Assembly: GCA_051362555.1 (NCBI GenBank)
Contig: CM120645.1
Coordinates: 10,354,001 to 10,418,000, forward strand
Direction: 5' to 3'
From: Lingula anatina
Lineage: Eukaryota > Animalia > Brachiopoda
DNA length: 64,000 bases
Shown: positions 51,874-64,000 of the stretch, one piece after another
Position numbering within the stretch: the first letter of the stretch is position 1
Layout: each line of letters begins with the position of its first letter
Translations under genes and position numbers: made by a program
Notes under the pieces: generated by a model
Database searches by the model: none
The model's input: only the letters and a program-made list of their open reading frames with translations
What the model was told of the DNA's origin: nothing

Positions 51874-54454
51874 TTATCTGGTCTGTTGTTTCATGAAGGA
51901 CCTCAACACCTCCACAGCTTCAGGCATGTTCCTTCTTCCAAATCCAATTCTCACAAACTTATCCTCAAACTCAAAGATGCTCCCTGGCACCAGCAGCAGT
52001 TCCGCCTCATTCACCAGTCGCTCACACAGCCCTGCTGCACTACCGCCCCCTAGTGCCAACGCCTTGGGCTTCAGCCTGGCAAACATGGTGGTGCACGCTG
52101 ATGGGCGGTGCCACTCAAAATATTCCTCATACTCGTGAAAGAAATCGCTCAAAACATCAAGATTGCCACGTATCACTCGAACAGTTCTGTCGATTAATTT
52201 CTGCTTGTTCCTCAACGCCATAATTGACAAAATCTCACTGGGCGCGGATGAGCAGATGGTGAGATAGTCTTTATATTCCGCCATCTTCTCCATTAGGGCT
52301 GCATCTCGCGTGCACAACCAGCCAATCCTCAGGCCAGGCAGTCCGAATGTCTTGGAAAGTCCCGACAACGTCACAGCATTCTCGTACATGGACACTGCAG
52401 AAGGTAATGGATCCGATCCATCATTGTCACTCAAGCGGTACATTTCGTCACAGAACAAGATGAGTTGTTTCTCTCTACAGAGGTCTATGATCTCCTGCCA
52501 CTGGGAGAGACTGGGCACAAATGCTGTTGGGTTGTGGGGAAAGTTGACCACTAAGAAACGCGTCTTGGGCTGGATAAGCTTAGCGAGCTGCTTCAAGTCA
52601 AACTGCCAGCCACTGTCTTCTTTGTACTCTGCCTTCCAGTATGAAACCTGAAACAAGACATTTGGTTATAATTCTTATTTTTCTTACATCACTTATTGTA
52701 ACATCTTTCCAACAATTAAATTAAAAACAAATTCAAAAAAAAGTCTATCAAAATATGATGAAATGATCAAAACATCTCAAAAAAATAAAGCTGTTAATCA
52801 TTATGACTACGTAAATATGCATTATAAACATGTATAATAGTAAATAAACATTATTTCCAAAAGGCAAGTGTAACATAGTAATGTTGCATAAGATCCAGAA
52901 AATTATCACAGAACACCCCAGGATAATTTGGGTCATGTTTTCTTTTGTTTTCTGTTCCCTTCGTGACAGTGATACGTGTTGATTTTTTTTTTTTTTTCCA
53001 TCTTAGACCCCATTCCCATAGATTTTAGATCGATCTATCCCTGTGGGGAGTCTAACTAAATTTCTGTCAGCTTAGCTGGCTTAAGCGTCTGTCCTGCCTA
53101 CTAAAAGCTGTAAGGGGGTAATTAACTATGGTAACTGCAATTTAGCGTGAACCCCAGGGAGTTAGGTCGATCTAAAGCTAAATCTCTGGATCGATCTAAA
53201 TCTCTGGGAATGCACGTTTATATACAATATTCCTGCAGAAAAGGGGAAACTGTCAGTAACACACAGGTTGCTGACAGGTCATGACTGCTGGAAATGCCAC
53301 AGGACCTGCAGGATTTTTTATATCCCAGCTCCTTTAGACTGACAAGGTTAATTTGAAAATACAATACGTGAAAATAAATCACATGTATACACAGACAAAG
53401 GGAAATAAAACACTTCAGACCAGCAGAGAATTTGCAGGACCTTCAGATTTCTTGCAATGCAGGTATTTCAGACTTTTAACATCTCCAAAGTCTTCCCCAT
53501 GTCTGCACTTGTTCAGTAAATCTGGTGCAAGTATGTATTTTACACTGAACATTCCATTAACATTTCATATACCTCAGTGTGCATATTCAACACTCCATAC
53601 AAGCTCTGGTAAGCAGGGAATGTGACCACTGCATGGATATCATCCGGCCCATGCTTCTCTATCAGCAGCTGCACTATGGACTTCATGGCCAGGTAGATCC
53701 CTTCCTGGGGGGCAATGACCAGCACCTGGGGGTCACTGACCTCTGGGTACATGCTGGCTATCTCCTTACGGAGCAGTGGGTGACCCTGACTGTCTGTGTA
53801 CCCCAGGGAGAGGTTCTTCCAAAGAGACTGGCACTCCTGGTCTGCCAGTGAGACCAGCTGGAATTGTGGTAATTTTGACTGATCATGTGTAAAACACAAT
53901 GTTGATGGAGGTTTATCAAAAACTACAATTCAAATTTTATTTTGTAGCTGTTGACCGAGCTCCGTTTCTTAAGGCTGTAAAATTGGCAAATAAAAACAAC
54001 AAGTAAATACAAGTGATATTGGTAATATATTCAATGTTTACTTTTTTATGGAGCACTTTAATTACTATTTAACCAAACGTCTTTTATTTTAGTACGTACT
54101 GTACAGGTAATTGCCAATTTTATACAAGATTACACTGGCGTAAACGATAATAAGAAAAAGCTAATGCGGAGAAGAATACTAAGTCTTGAAAAATAGGTTT
54201 TTTAATGCACGTGCATATAATCTGATGGGTGGCAGCCTCAACCTTGGACTTTGAGCGACTGATGTGAGAAAGACTTGACCAGAAACCTGAGGGTCTCTCT
54301 CAGCCAAAAACAATAATAAACAGTCTAACGCTTGTACCTCATTCATGCTCATTGACTCCGGGTCCGAACAGCAAAGAAGGTACTTGGTTTTGAATTCATA
54401 TTTGGCAAAATATCTCTCTAACTTAAACGCAGCCGGCGCGCAGCGACGAATCAT
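51874..54454 (-). CDS. PLP-dependent aminotransferase class I/II (capreomycidine-synthase-like subfamily), 3 exons
   Basis: Exons 54454-54338, 53857-53573, 52647-51874. Motifs FKLERYFAKYEF, LGYTDSQGHPLLR, VNFPHNPT, FCDEMY, and the PLP-lysine motif SGLSKTFGLPGLRIGW. Confidence 0.88.
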
Positions 54455-54811
54455 CTCTAAATACTACTTGGACTTTAAATTTCTGTAATCAACAAATGGA
54501 TAATGGCTTGTTGCCGATACAATGTTTGAAGTCTGCTTTGCTACACCGGTTGAAATGTACAACAATGAGGAAATTTACATAATCTATAGGTAAAACCAGT
54601 TACAGCGTTAGATCAGTATCGTTAACCAGTTATAGCGTTAGATCAGTATGGTTAAAAGAAAAAGAAAAAATTTATTACAGTAAAAATGAGCTTGTCTTGA
54701 TAATCATAACACCTGCCGGCAACTTCCTGCTTGACATCGTCATGCACCTTGTGTAGTGGCGTCAGAGGCGGCAATTTTTGTTGTTTGAACTTCTCGAAAG
54801 CTTGGTTCTCG
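54455..54811. promoter_or_regulatory. Probable bidirectional promoter between aminotransferase and zinc-finger genes
   Basis: Aminotransferase ATG at 54454 (minus) and a plus-strand donor GTAAGT at ~54812 are about 350 bp apart. The interval contains ACTTCC (ETS-like) and GGCGTCA (CRE half-site-like) motifs. Function is inferred. Confidence 0.5.
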
Positions 54812-56492
54812 GTAAGTTTCCGACTTGTGTGAGTGTTTGTATGTCTAGATCAAGGCGATAAGGCATCGGATATCTTTGACGCATAATAAAATTCGTTTAA
54901 TTGTCAGTTTTTCGCACAGACGCCACAAAATGGATGATGTGAGAAAGCTTGGTGATGTCATACTGACGTCAATGCTGACCTATTTGCACATTGACGACAC
55001 GCTATAATTATAGCAAGTACTGGGAAATACGGGCTGAGAGCAACGCCACAGACATTTCTATTTTTAAATCACAATGTGCGTCAGTTTTGGAAAATAATTT
55101 ACATTTGTGCTTACTGGCGGTGAAAACGTGACTGTGACAGATACTGTGTTTTATAAATAGTGAAATGATCTGGTTGAACGCGTATGTCGGGAGGAAAGGG
55201 GGGGGGGGACGCTTTTTTTTCTTTGGAGAAACAATAGCCTATTCCGGTTACATGATTTATTTATTCTAAATGAATTAAAATTATTTTGTAATTGTTATAC
55301 GCGATCATGGTAGTTTTGTGATGATTCAATCAACAAATGAGTCATTGAAAATATTTTTAAATGTAAATAAGTTTGGTATGCTAGGCCAGTAGGGCAACCT
55401 TTATATTTGTGTAGGTGTAAGTACAGTGCGTATGCTAGACAAATTTTAAAAAAGTGGAAAAAAACAGCATTATCAGTCACTTTTTGCCTAACTTTCACTT
55501 TAATTGTCTCGGCATTCCTCTTCTTTCTTTTCCTATAGCTGTAAACTAGAGATTTAATTCTTTTCTACTGGTGACTCATGCAGTAGAGTTAGGAATTAAT
55601 AATGCCTTGGGGCTTGACTGACTTGACACAGGGCTTTGTTGGTTTTCATTCACAGCTGAATGTAGGCTTAACACTGTTGTCTGAAATATGCAATTTACGT
55701 TTGCTTTTATAAAAAAAACTAGGTACCAGTATTTAAAGCATTTAAAGTGAAAGGCTAAAAGTAAAGTCTTGGGTTATTTTATTTTCTTTATACTATGAAA
55801 TTACACTAAATTGCCTAATTAAATTTTTGCTTCTTTAAAAATCTAGGATTAAAGTACCAGATGAATATTTCCTATTGTTTAACAGGACCATATAATATTG
55901 CTGTGCAAGTTTATCATTATTTTTGCCCTGTCAGGAAAGATCAATGTGTTAGGTGTGACACTGCACAATGTAACCACATGCAGATACAATTTTGCTTGAC
56001 AACATCTTGGCAATTTATAATGAAAAATATGGTTTAATCACAGTTTACCAATATGCAAAATTAAAGTCTAAGGCATTTATTTATCAGCCCAAGCATCCTA
56101 ATCAGCACTTGCTGCATTTCTGGATTTATTGTAAACACCAAAACATATTTTAACCAGGAGTGGGGGCTTGGGGGCTTATAACCAAACTTTCCCTTACCTT
56201 TTTTCAGCTGTACTTTTATGCCGAGGCTCCAGCAGTAACTTAACTTTTTATATTCAGTTAGCTCCCACTTAAAATATGTGCCTTTTCACATCAGCATCTG
56301 TATTTTGAAATGCAATTAGTTATATGCAATGTAATAAATAGATTAATCTATTTCACTGTCACTTATTTGGCCAAATATCTGTCAATAGACAGAAAAAAAA
56401 ACACTTGTGATACACTATGTTTTCAACACAAGACAATATATTATACATTTACCTATGTGTTGTTATCCTTTCAGTCTCCAGAGGTCATTAAT

Positions 56493-59265
56493 ATGCCTAA
56501 AAGTGGCAAGGGCCTCCACTGCACTATCATAGATGGCGCTCCGCACGTCAACCTGTTCCACAGTCAGGAAATGTTTAACATTGGTCCGAACTATAACAAG
56601 TGGGTTCAGTCAGAATGGGACTCAGACCTTTCTTCACTCACTTCCTTCGGGTTGCAGGCACAAGATGTGTTCCCAGCAGATGACCCCAAGTGTTACATGT
56701 ACTACTCACTAGAGGGATTCTTGATGCTCTTCTTCAAGAAAGTCTGCATTCATAGTCTCGATGCTCAGAGAAAAACGGATTATATAAAGTTTCTGAGGCA
56801 CGTTTGTCGTGTTTATGCACAACAGGTAGGTAGTGATATCCAGACATCCCGTTCCTAGTTGTTTTTAGCAATAATAAAAGATCAACTTGATCTCTTTTGG
56901 AACAATAGTGACTTAACAACTGTATTACAGTTTTATGATTATTTAGAAAACAGCATCTTTTAGACTAGATTTGTGCCTTTGTCTGCTCAAGAGTCAATCT
57001 TTAATGTCATTATTATGTTTCATTTTAACTGTCATTTTCTTATCTTAAAACGTTCTGTTTTGTTTTTCTGATATTCAGCATAAGTGTTTGGAATTATTAT
57101 TAATTTAAAAATCGTAATGATTTAATCTTTAAGTAATATAGTGGTATTACTTACCAAACTCTTTACAGATGCAGTGTTACAAATAAATATTGCTCCTTAC
57201 CCCCCCACCTGACAATGAATTGTATTTTGAAACTTTGAAGGTGACCAAAGTATTATCAGACTCGGAGGGGAAGAAGACCACCCAGGTTGACCTGATGGAG
57301 GCTGCCAGTGGAGAGTGTGGAGAGGGGTGGTCAAATCACACGTCAATGAAAACACCTCAGTTACATGAGAAGTCTAGTCCAGTTAGCAGTATACTAAGTC
57401 CTAGTATAAAAGAGAGAGTCTCAGGTAGGTTGATATCAAACACCTAGCATAAAAGTCTCAAATATATTTTTATTAAGGGAAAAATTGCATGGTTGCTTTT
57501 AAGCAGTTTTGAACAAAAGTGTAAATGATTTTAGGGCAATTTTCTGAGTGTTTGTTTCCTTTTATATAGTTTACCAGTAGATTTCAAGCACCATCTATCA
57601 ACCAAAACAAAGTCTCCTCATGGCAAAAGATTTCCAATTTGTTAAGACTAAGTGATTGTTGTTTATTTGCAGTCCCAGCAGTCAAAAAATCAAAGTTGAG
57701 CCAGAAAGTAGATGAACTACTTGAACGTAGGTCCCGCGAGAGCAGCCCCAATGTGGCAGATCACGGAATGAATGGCATGAGGGCAGCAACTGGTCACCAG
57801 GGGTCAGCACTAGAGCAGAGGAACGGGTCACATGAAAGGAGGTTTGTATTGAATCTGTGTACTTTGATATATTTAATATTGGTGTGTGTATGAACAGTTA
57901 TGCATATTATGTATATTTGGTTTTGCTTTGAAGGAAAAAGCATTGACAACATGCTTATTTTTGCTGATGTTATTTTTGTTATTGGTGTAGGAGTATTGTA
58001 TTTGGGAAACAAGCTGCAGATGTTTTCATGCAATTTAAAGTGCCATGATCTGATTAATTGATGACTATTTATGATGTTGTGTATCTTCCAAACAAAACAA
58101 TTAGCAACACAGTTGATACAAAATTTATGCTGATTGATGTAGAAACTGATGCATATTTAATAGTGCATAATGAAAACTTTTACGAATCTACAATAAAATG
58201 GTATGGTATTGACAGAAATTATTGCATCAAAAAACACGCAGTGATAGTGTAGATATCAGTTCCAGAGTATGGATTTTTTTTGTTTTTTCCAGCATCAGGG
58301 AAAGCCCAACAGGTATAGGCAATTCCAGTCTCCAGTCTGGTGTCCCTTGCATTGCCTCTCCTCCAGTGGTCACGCCAGAACCCATCAAAATAAAGGTGGA
58401 GCCACCAGACGATACCATGGAGGAAAACAATCACAGAACTGACCAATCAAACACAAAAGAAATCTCAGGTGACACATTAGGAACCAGTCCCTATTCAACC
58501 ATGTGGATGCCGAAAATAGGTCAAACGTCTTCTCTAGCACAAGGTCAAGGTCAGCCAGGTCAGGCACAGGGCCTGGCCGACCAAGGGGACAAACTGACCA
58601 CTGGTGATCACCCAGTGGCCATGCACCTGAGAAGGAAGGGCTACTCGTGCTTAACTTGCAAACAGACTTTTGCCAACGGGAAACAGCATTGGATGCACAA
58701 ACTGGAAACGGGGCACGGACAAATTTTCTGTGAAATCTGCCACACGCGGTTCTTGATCGAGGAAGACCTGGTCGACCACGTGTGTCACGGTCAGGACGAT
58801 TCGCTGCAGTTACATTGCCTCAAGTGCAACAAAAAGTTCCCCAATTTTCAAAGCAAGAAGGCACATCAGCGTTACTGTGGTCGTAGTTATCGCTGCAATG
58901 ACTGCAAGCAGAGGTTTCCCGACCCTGACAAGTTGCTGTCCCACAGGATCGTGTGTACGGGGCCCACAGCGAGCACCGACGGCGATATGGCGAAAATGCC
59001 AACTGAAAAATCGCGCACCAGAAAGGCGGCCGTGGCTGCCAAGCGCAAGCTAGAGGAGGCAGACATTGAAGAGGGGAGACCTTTACTAAACTGTGTGTAC
59101 TGTGGGGCGTGGCTAGAGAACGCTGAGTATGGGAAGCATGTTCAGAGGTGTAAAAAACAGTTCAGAGGGCGGGATAAAGGATTCAAGTGCTCGGACTGTG
59201 AACTGCGGTTTAAAACGGCAGAGGAATTAGTCTCTCATCGTGTTATACATACCAATGCCAAATGA
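56493..59265 (+). CDS. C2H2 zinc-finger protein with an unrecognised N-terminal domain, 4 coding exons
   Basis: Exons 56493-56825, 57241-57424, 57673-57841, 58293-59265 join in frame. C-terminal C2H2/C2HC fingers (CLTC...HWMHKLETGH; CLKC...HQRYC; CNDC...HRIVC; CSDC...HRVIH). A probable non-coding first exon ends near 54811 (GTAAGT). Confidence 0.78.
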
Positions 59266-60787
59266 TCCACACCCCATAATTTCACAGAACTGGTCCTTCT
59301 CTTAAATATGAACTCCTTTTTAATAATTAAAATGAAAGAAGCTGTAAACGGGATTAATTTTATTATTTTGAAAGAATGGGACAAGTCGCGGAATATTTGC
59401 TGATCTGTCGACAGAGTCAACCGTTTTAGAATTGTACTGCGCCAGCGTCACGTTAGATACGAAAGTTACGTACTCGTGTTTCGATGTCGTTCTGAAGGCG
59501 ATTCTGCATACGCTTTTAATCTTTGTGTTAGATCGGCTAAAAACACTATAAGATGGCATTTATATTTCTGCAGATTTCAGCCGCCGTGAGCATATAGGCT
59601 ATTTTGAAATGTGACAGTATTATGACAACCCGGCCTTTGTGACAGTCATTTTTCAACCAGAGAATTATGAAGAGAAGAGTAAAGTCCTTATTACCTGTAA
59701 TGTCAAAAATCTGAAGCCCTTGGAGGATTATTTTTTTAGAAATTTGGTGCTTTATACATTGAGTCATTAGTACTTTAACTTACGGTATCTGGTTGAACCG
59801 CCACGAGATTTCAAGAAAATAGTTTTGAATTAATCATATGTACATGTATTTGCATTTGATAAAATCCTTGTAAAGAATCTGACTAATATTATTGTTTTTG
59901 TATTTTTGCATTCTGGGTGCTCCAGAAAAGAGTTGCTCATATGGAGCTCGAAAATATTCCTTTTACATGAGGCATATTGAATAACTAACAAATACTGAAG
60001 GGTTGCCAAGTTCATTTATAGACGGCGCTAAAAGTGTGTCTTGTAACTGTGCTAGAGATAACTGTTGTAAACAGTCCTTGTTGTACCTACTAAATTATGC
60101 AGCTAAACCGATGTTCCCAGCTTTAATTATATTGTCCTTGTTTAGTTATTCTCGTACCGTAGATGATTGAATAACAATATGCTCATTTACCATGTTTAAG
60201 CAACTGTGTTCTTTTTTTCCCGTTGCAGACTCAACAGGTGTTACAGGTATGGTAATACTATGTTTGTAGGCTGGGATACATTGGGAGGACTCGAATAAAT
60301 GAAAATTGAATCTGCCTACTTGAATATTTTTCATTATTATTTTAACGAACCGGTTACAATTTTGCACAACCTCAACTGGAAAAAAAGGTCGGGGGTGGGG
60401 GGGGGGGGGGGGTGGGGGGGGGGGGTAAGGAAAAAAAGTATAAGCCTTTTACATTCTCACAGTTCAACAGAAGTTTCATAGGGTGCGCTCACAACGAAAC
60501 TGTCGTGCTTTGTAGATCTTTCCGATTCCGCAGGGACTCGCTGAATGCAATCAGATTAACGGGCTTCCTCTTGTTTTTCTGTATTTTTATCAACGCCAGG
60601 TGGAGGCGTGTAAGTCTGTTAACCTGACTGCATTCAGCAAGAGTCCTCACGATAGTTTCACTGTGAACGCACTCTTACTTTTCCTTCAGCGCCTGGGTGA
60701 GTACCAGTGGCGGTACTGTTAACCTGCGTGAGTGTTGTAGGCCGTCAACGGCTGTGCCCTAGCCCACGGCCCTGAATAAGAGATCAT

Positions 60788-61030
60788 TCCCAGACCCTAT
60801 CGTACTAACTTTGGATCGAACTATCTCCGAGGGGATTCTCGTTTAATTGCAATTAACTTGGGCGGGTTAGATTTCTGTCACGCCTGCTGAAGCTGATATG
60901 GGGTAATTAACTATCGTTTAGCAGCTTTAGTGGGCGTCCCAGACATCTAAGCCACTTGGGCTGAAAGCAATTTAGCGAGGGACCCCGGGGAGATGAACCG
61001 ATCCTGTTAGATCGATATAAGGATGGAAAA
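60788..61030. mobile_element. Palindromic ~240-bp MITE family member
   Basis: Fold-back around a GGGGTAATTAA centre with AGATCGATC and GCTTAAG/GCAATT arms. Related copies at ~4170-4395, ~9010-9215, ~15005-15205 and ~53012-53210. Confidence 0.65.
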
Positions 61031-62329
61031 CCAGTCTTAGACCTAAAAATAATACAGATAAAAGCCTAACGTTATTCCCGGAACCTACCTTGCAAGTAAG
61101 GCTTGACTGTGAATATAAAAATAAACGCATTCAACGCATTAAAAAGGATTAATATTGGTTATCCGCTGAATAAAAGATTATATCGACCGTCAACACATGG
61201 AATAAATGCACCTCAACAGGTTATAGTTTACTGTGTAATGAAAGAGCTTAAATCAATTTGAATTAATAACGTGAGAGGTTGGTTTGATATCTTGTGAACG
61301 CGTCCCTAAGCGCATTCGATCAACTTGAGAAGTATGAGCCTGGTTTCCCCACCCAAGCCAACACCCTGCGGATCCATGGGTGAATTTACCTACTGGTGTC
61401 TTAAGAGACGAACACGTGAACTGGGTTGTGCCCTTAAATACTTCAAGTTTTTTTTCTTGGCGATGATACGAACTCGTGTCTCACCCCTCACCCCAATTTC
61501 TTCAAAAAACTAGTACAAACGGTCTCTGAAAAGGAAAGTCTGCATTAACTTAAACCGAAAGTCAGGGCTAACTCCACTAGTACTTGCACGTTCGGTGTTA
61601 ATATCTATTTTTAAATCACATACGGAGATTACGCTTTTAGTTTCCTCTCACAACGCGCATTCTCAGACCTCACCTGAGACCTCACGGTATTAACTACCGG
61701 GACAGCGTTAATAGAAAGCCTGGGGGACTTCACTAAGAGCCGTGTACGCCGTTAACGCACACCTGTGTCCGGAGAGCGTTCGAGTCTCTTCATATTAACG
61801 GTACATGATGAACATGTGGGGACATTTTGTCAGCCACGAGTTGCGTCTCTTGTATTTATACTCACGCAAAGCGGGCGTCACTGTCTTAAGGCAAATCTGA
61901 ACGCAGGGTTTGCTTGAAAAAGCCACCGATTTCAGTCTTTTATTGCATAGAAAATAAATGAATATTGGTGTAAAAATTAACTGCCCTTACTGTTCTGCTG
62001 TAAACAACAGTGTAGTTTGTGGTACAGTATATCCGTGTGTGAAGAAATCGATTTTTTTGTTTCATTTTCATTTTAATAGTTGACTGGGATTTCAAAGGCC
62101 GTCTATGCAAAATATAAGGCTTACTGGATAATGCAATTAGAAAGTGAGACAAGTGTTTTCGAAGAAAATAAAGTGAAAGTAGCAAATTATTGGTGAGACT
62201 TTACAAAAAACCTCCTTTAATGTTCATCTAAAGTTTGGTTCAAATGACACTCAATGAAGACTTGGTTTCTTTTCAGTTATTTCCATATGCAGTTGTAAAG
62301 ACAACATTGTAAAGAAATAAAATGTTGAT

Positions 62330-62375
<46 letters not shown>

Positions 62376-63941
62376 ACATAAAAGTATGGAATGAGTGGGT
62401 ATTAGCAGACTTTCAAGTATTTATTTTAAATAACATTAACATAATGCTTTTTTCATATTAAAAGTGCCACTGTCACTATTTCCCCGTGATGTAAGCCTGA
62501 TTAAACAGGGATGTTCACGTCGAAACGAGCTTTGAAAAGCCCCTTATCAGGTCAAAGTTACCCTTTAAAAGACATCACACTGACATCGCATTCATTAATG
62601 ATGTCTTGCTGATGAATAGCTGGCGGAGGTTTGCACTTCCGTTCCTATCACTCTCACGCGTCGTAAAACATGCTCGGGGATTACAATTAAAGTTGTCGCT
62701 CAAACTCTTGTAGATCTAGGGTTCTAAGGCGGGGATGGGAGAGGGGAGGGGGTGAGGTTGGCACGTGGGTGAAATTTCATCTGATTCTGCATATGTATAC
62801 CCTAGTGTATATATTCTGATTTAATCCAGGCGCTAAGAGCTTTAAAGCCAACTCAACTGTGCCTTTTGTTTCACCGCAATCAAAAAGAGTTCAACCATAA
62901 GATCACTGTAATCTTTTATTGTTACTGTAATTTTATTCTGGCCTCAGTCTGCTTTATATCAAGAGTATTCGGGTACTGTGCTCAAAACAGCTATTAAATC
63001 GCCACCTCAAGGTAAAATATTTCACAGTACAGAAAAGCTACATACACATATTAATGAGAAAATATAAAACATAAATGTCCGCCGAGCCGCTTCTGCTGGC
63101 TCAGGCGCATTATTTTAACAGTTAATATATGACACCGTCACATGCGTGTAATCAGTCGGGAAAAAAGATATTCATATCAAGTTACTGTGGAGACCCCCTT
63201 TTTTGGTGATTATGGCTTGGTTAAAGCTGGACGTGTTTTAACCTTCTCTGAAAATTGCTGAAAGAATCTTAACTAAAAAGACAAGGGGTTGTTCAGAGAA
63301 ACTCTACTGGAAAAGATAAAACACCGCTTTTCAAGCTTTGGTTATAAGACTGACTCTAATATGAACCCCCATTCAGTCACCTTCATATCCAAAATAATTA
63401 TCGCGACGTCTGTAAGGTAGTGCACTGAAGAGAATGAGGTTATACGCTAGCGCCAAGACTATAAAAATCATATCCGTATTATGGTGAACATATTTTAATG
63501 CAAAATATTCACCTTGATGATGGGATTAAGTTGCGTCTTTTAAAATCCAAATGCTAGTACCCAGTACGATGATGAAATTATAATATGTGCTCGTCTTTTA
63601 ATGCAAATCATTGCGTTATGACATAAGGATGGGAAGGCCTGTTGTATACCACAAATGAGACTACGTGAGAAGTGGAGAAAATCCAACGAGACGTGAGTGA
63701 ATCGCCTCGTGCTGGTTGCCTTCGATGTCTGCGTGGCATCTGAAAGTTTGTAAGTATATCACATCAAGTAAAAAGTCTCTCTCGAAAAGAGAATCGATGG
63801 TTTTGTTTTGTTCATGCTGCCAAAAGAATTCTAATTGCTTTATGTACTATGTATATGGTCGTTAAATTTATACTTCTCTGTTAATGGCATGCCGTACCAT
63901 ATCATAATTCCGTACCATATCATAGTTCAAATAACTTGCGC

Positions 63942-63998
<57 letters not shown>

Positions 63999-64000
63999 CT

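Noticed and set aside
57169-57240. TTTACAG acceptor at 57168 as the start of zinc-finger coding exon 2
   Set aside because: All three frames hit stops; the acceptor at 57240 keeps the frame.
63690-63755. Possible non-coding first exon ending at GTAAGT near the window end
   Set aside because: A lone donor-like motif with no downstream exon visible.

Overview
AT-rich eukaryotic (animal, probably molluscan/lophotrochozoan) genomic DNA with GT-AG introns, microsatellites and MITEs. Positions ~1.4-36.5 kb hold a tandem array of six intact two-exon minus-strand genes plus one inverted pseudogene. Each gene encodes a secreted actinoporin-like protein: signal peptide, acidic propeptide, amphipathic helix and an actinoporin-type beta-sandwich. 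Unlike classical soluble actinoporins, every copy adds a glycosylatable Cys-rich stalk and a C-terminal hydrophobic anchor (type-I TM-like in three copies, GPI-signal-like in three) and lacks the Trp-rich lipid-binding motif. This candidate family of membrane-tethered pore-forming-toxin homologues is the main finding. Downstream lie a cytosolic sulfotransferase whose catalytic His appears replaced by Ala, an MFSD4/NaGLT1-like transporter, an ependymin-related gene, a PLP-dependent class I/II aminotransferase and a head-to-head C2H2 zinc-finger gene. Several MITE families, some with filled and empty sites visible in paralogous DNA, and L2/CR1 LINE remnants are present. Family assignments come from motif recognition by eye; no database searches were run.
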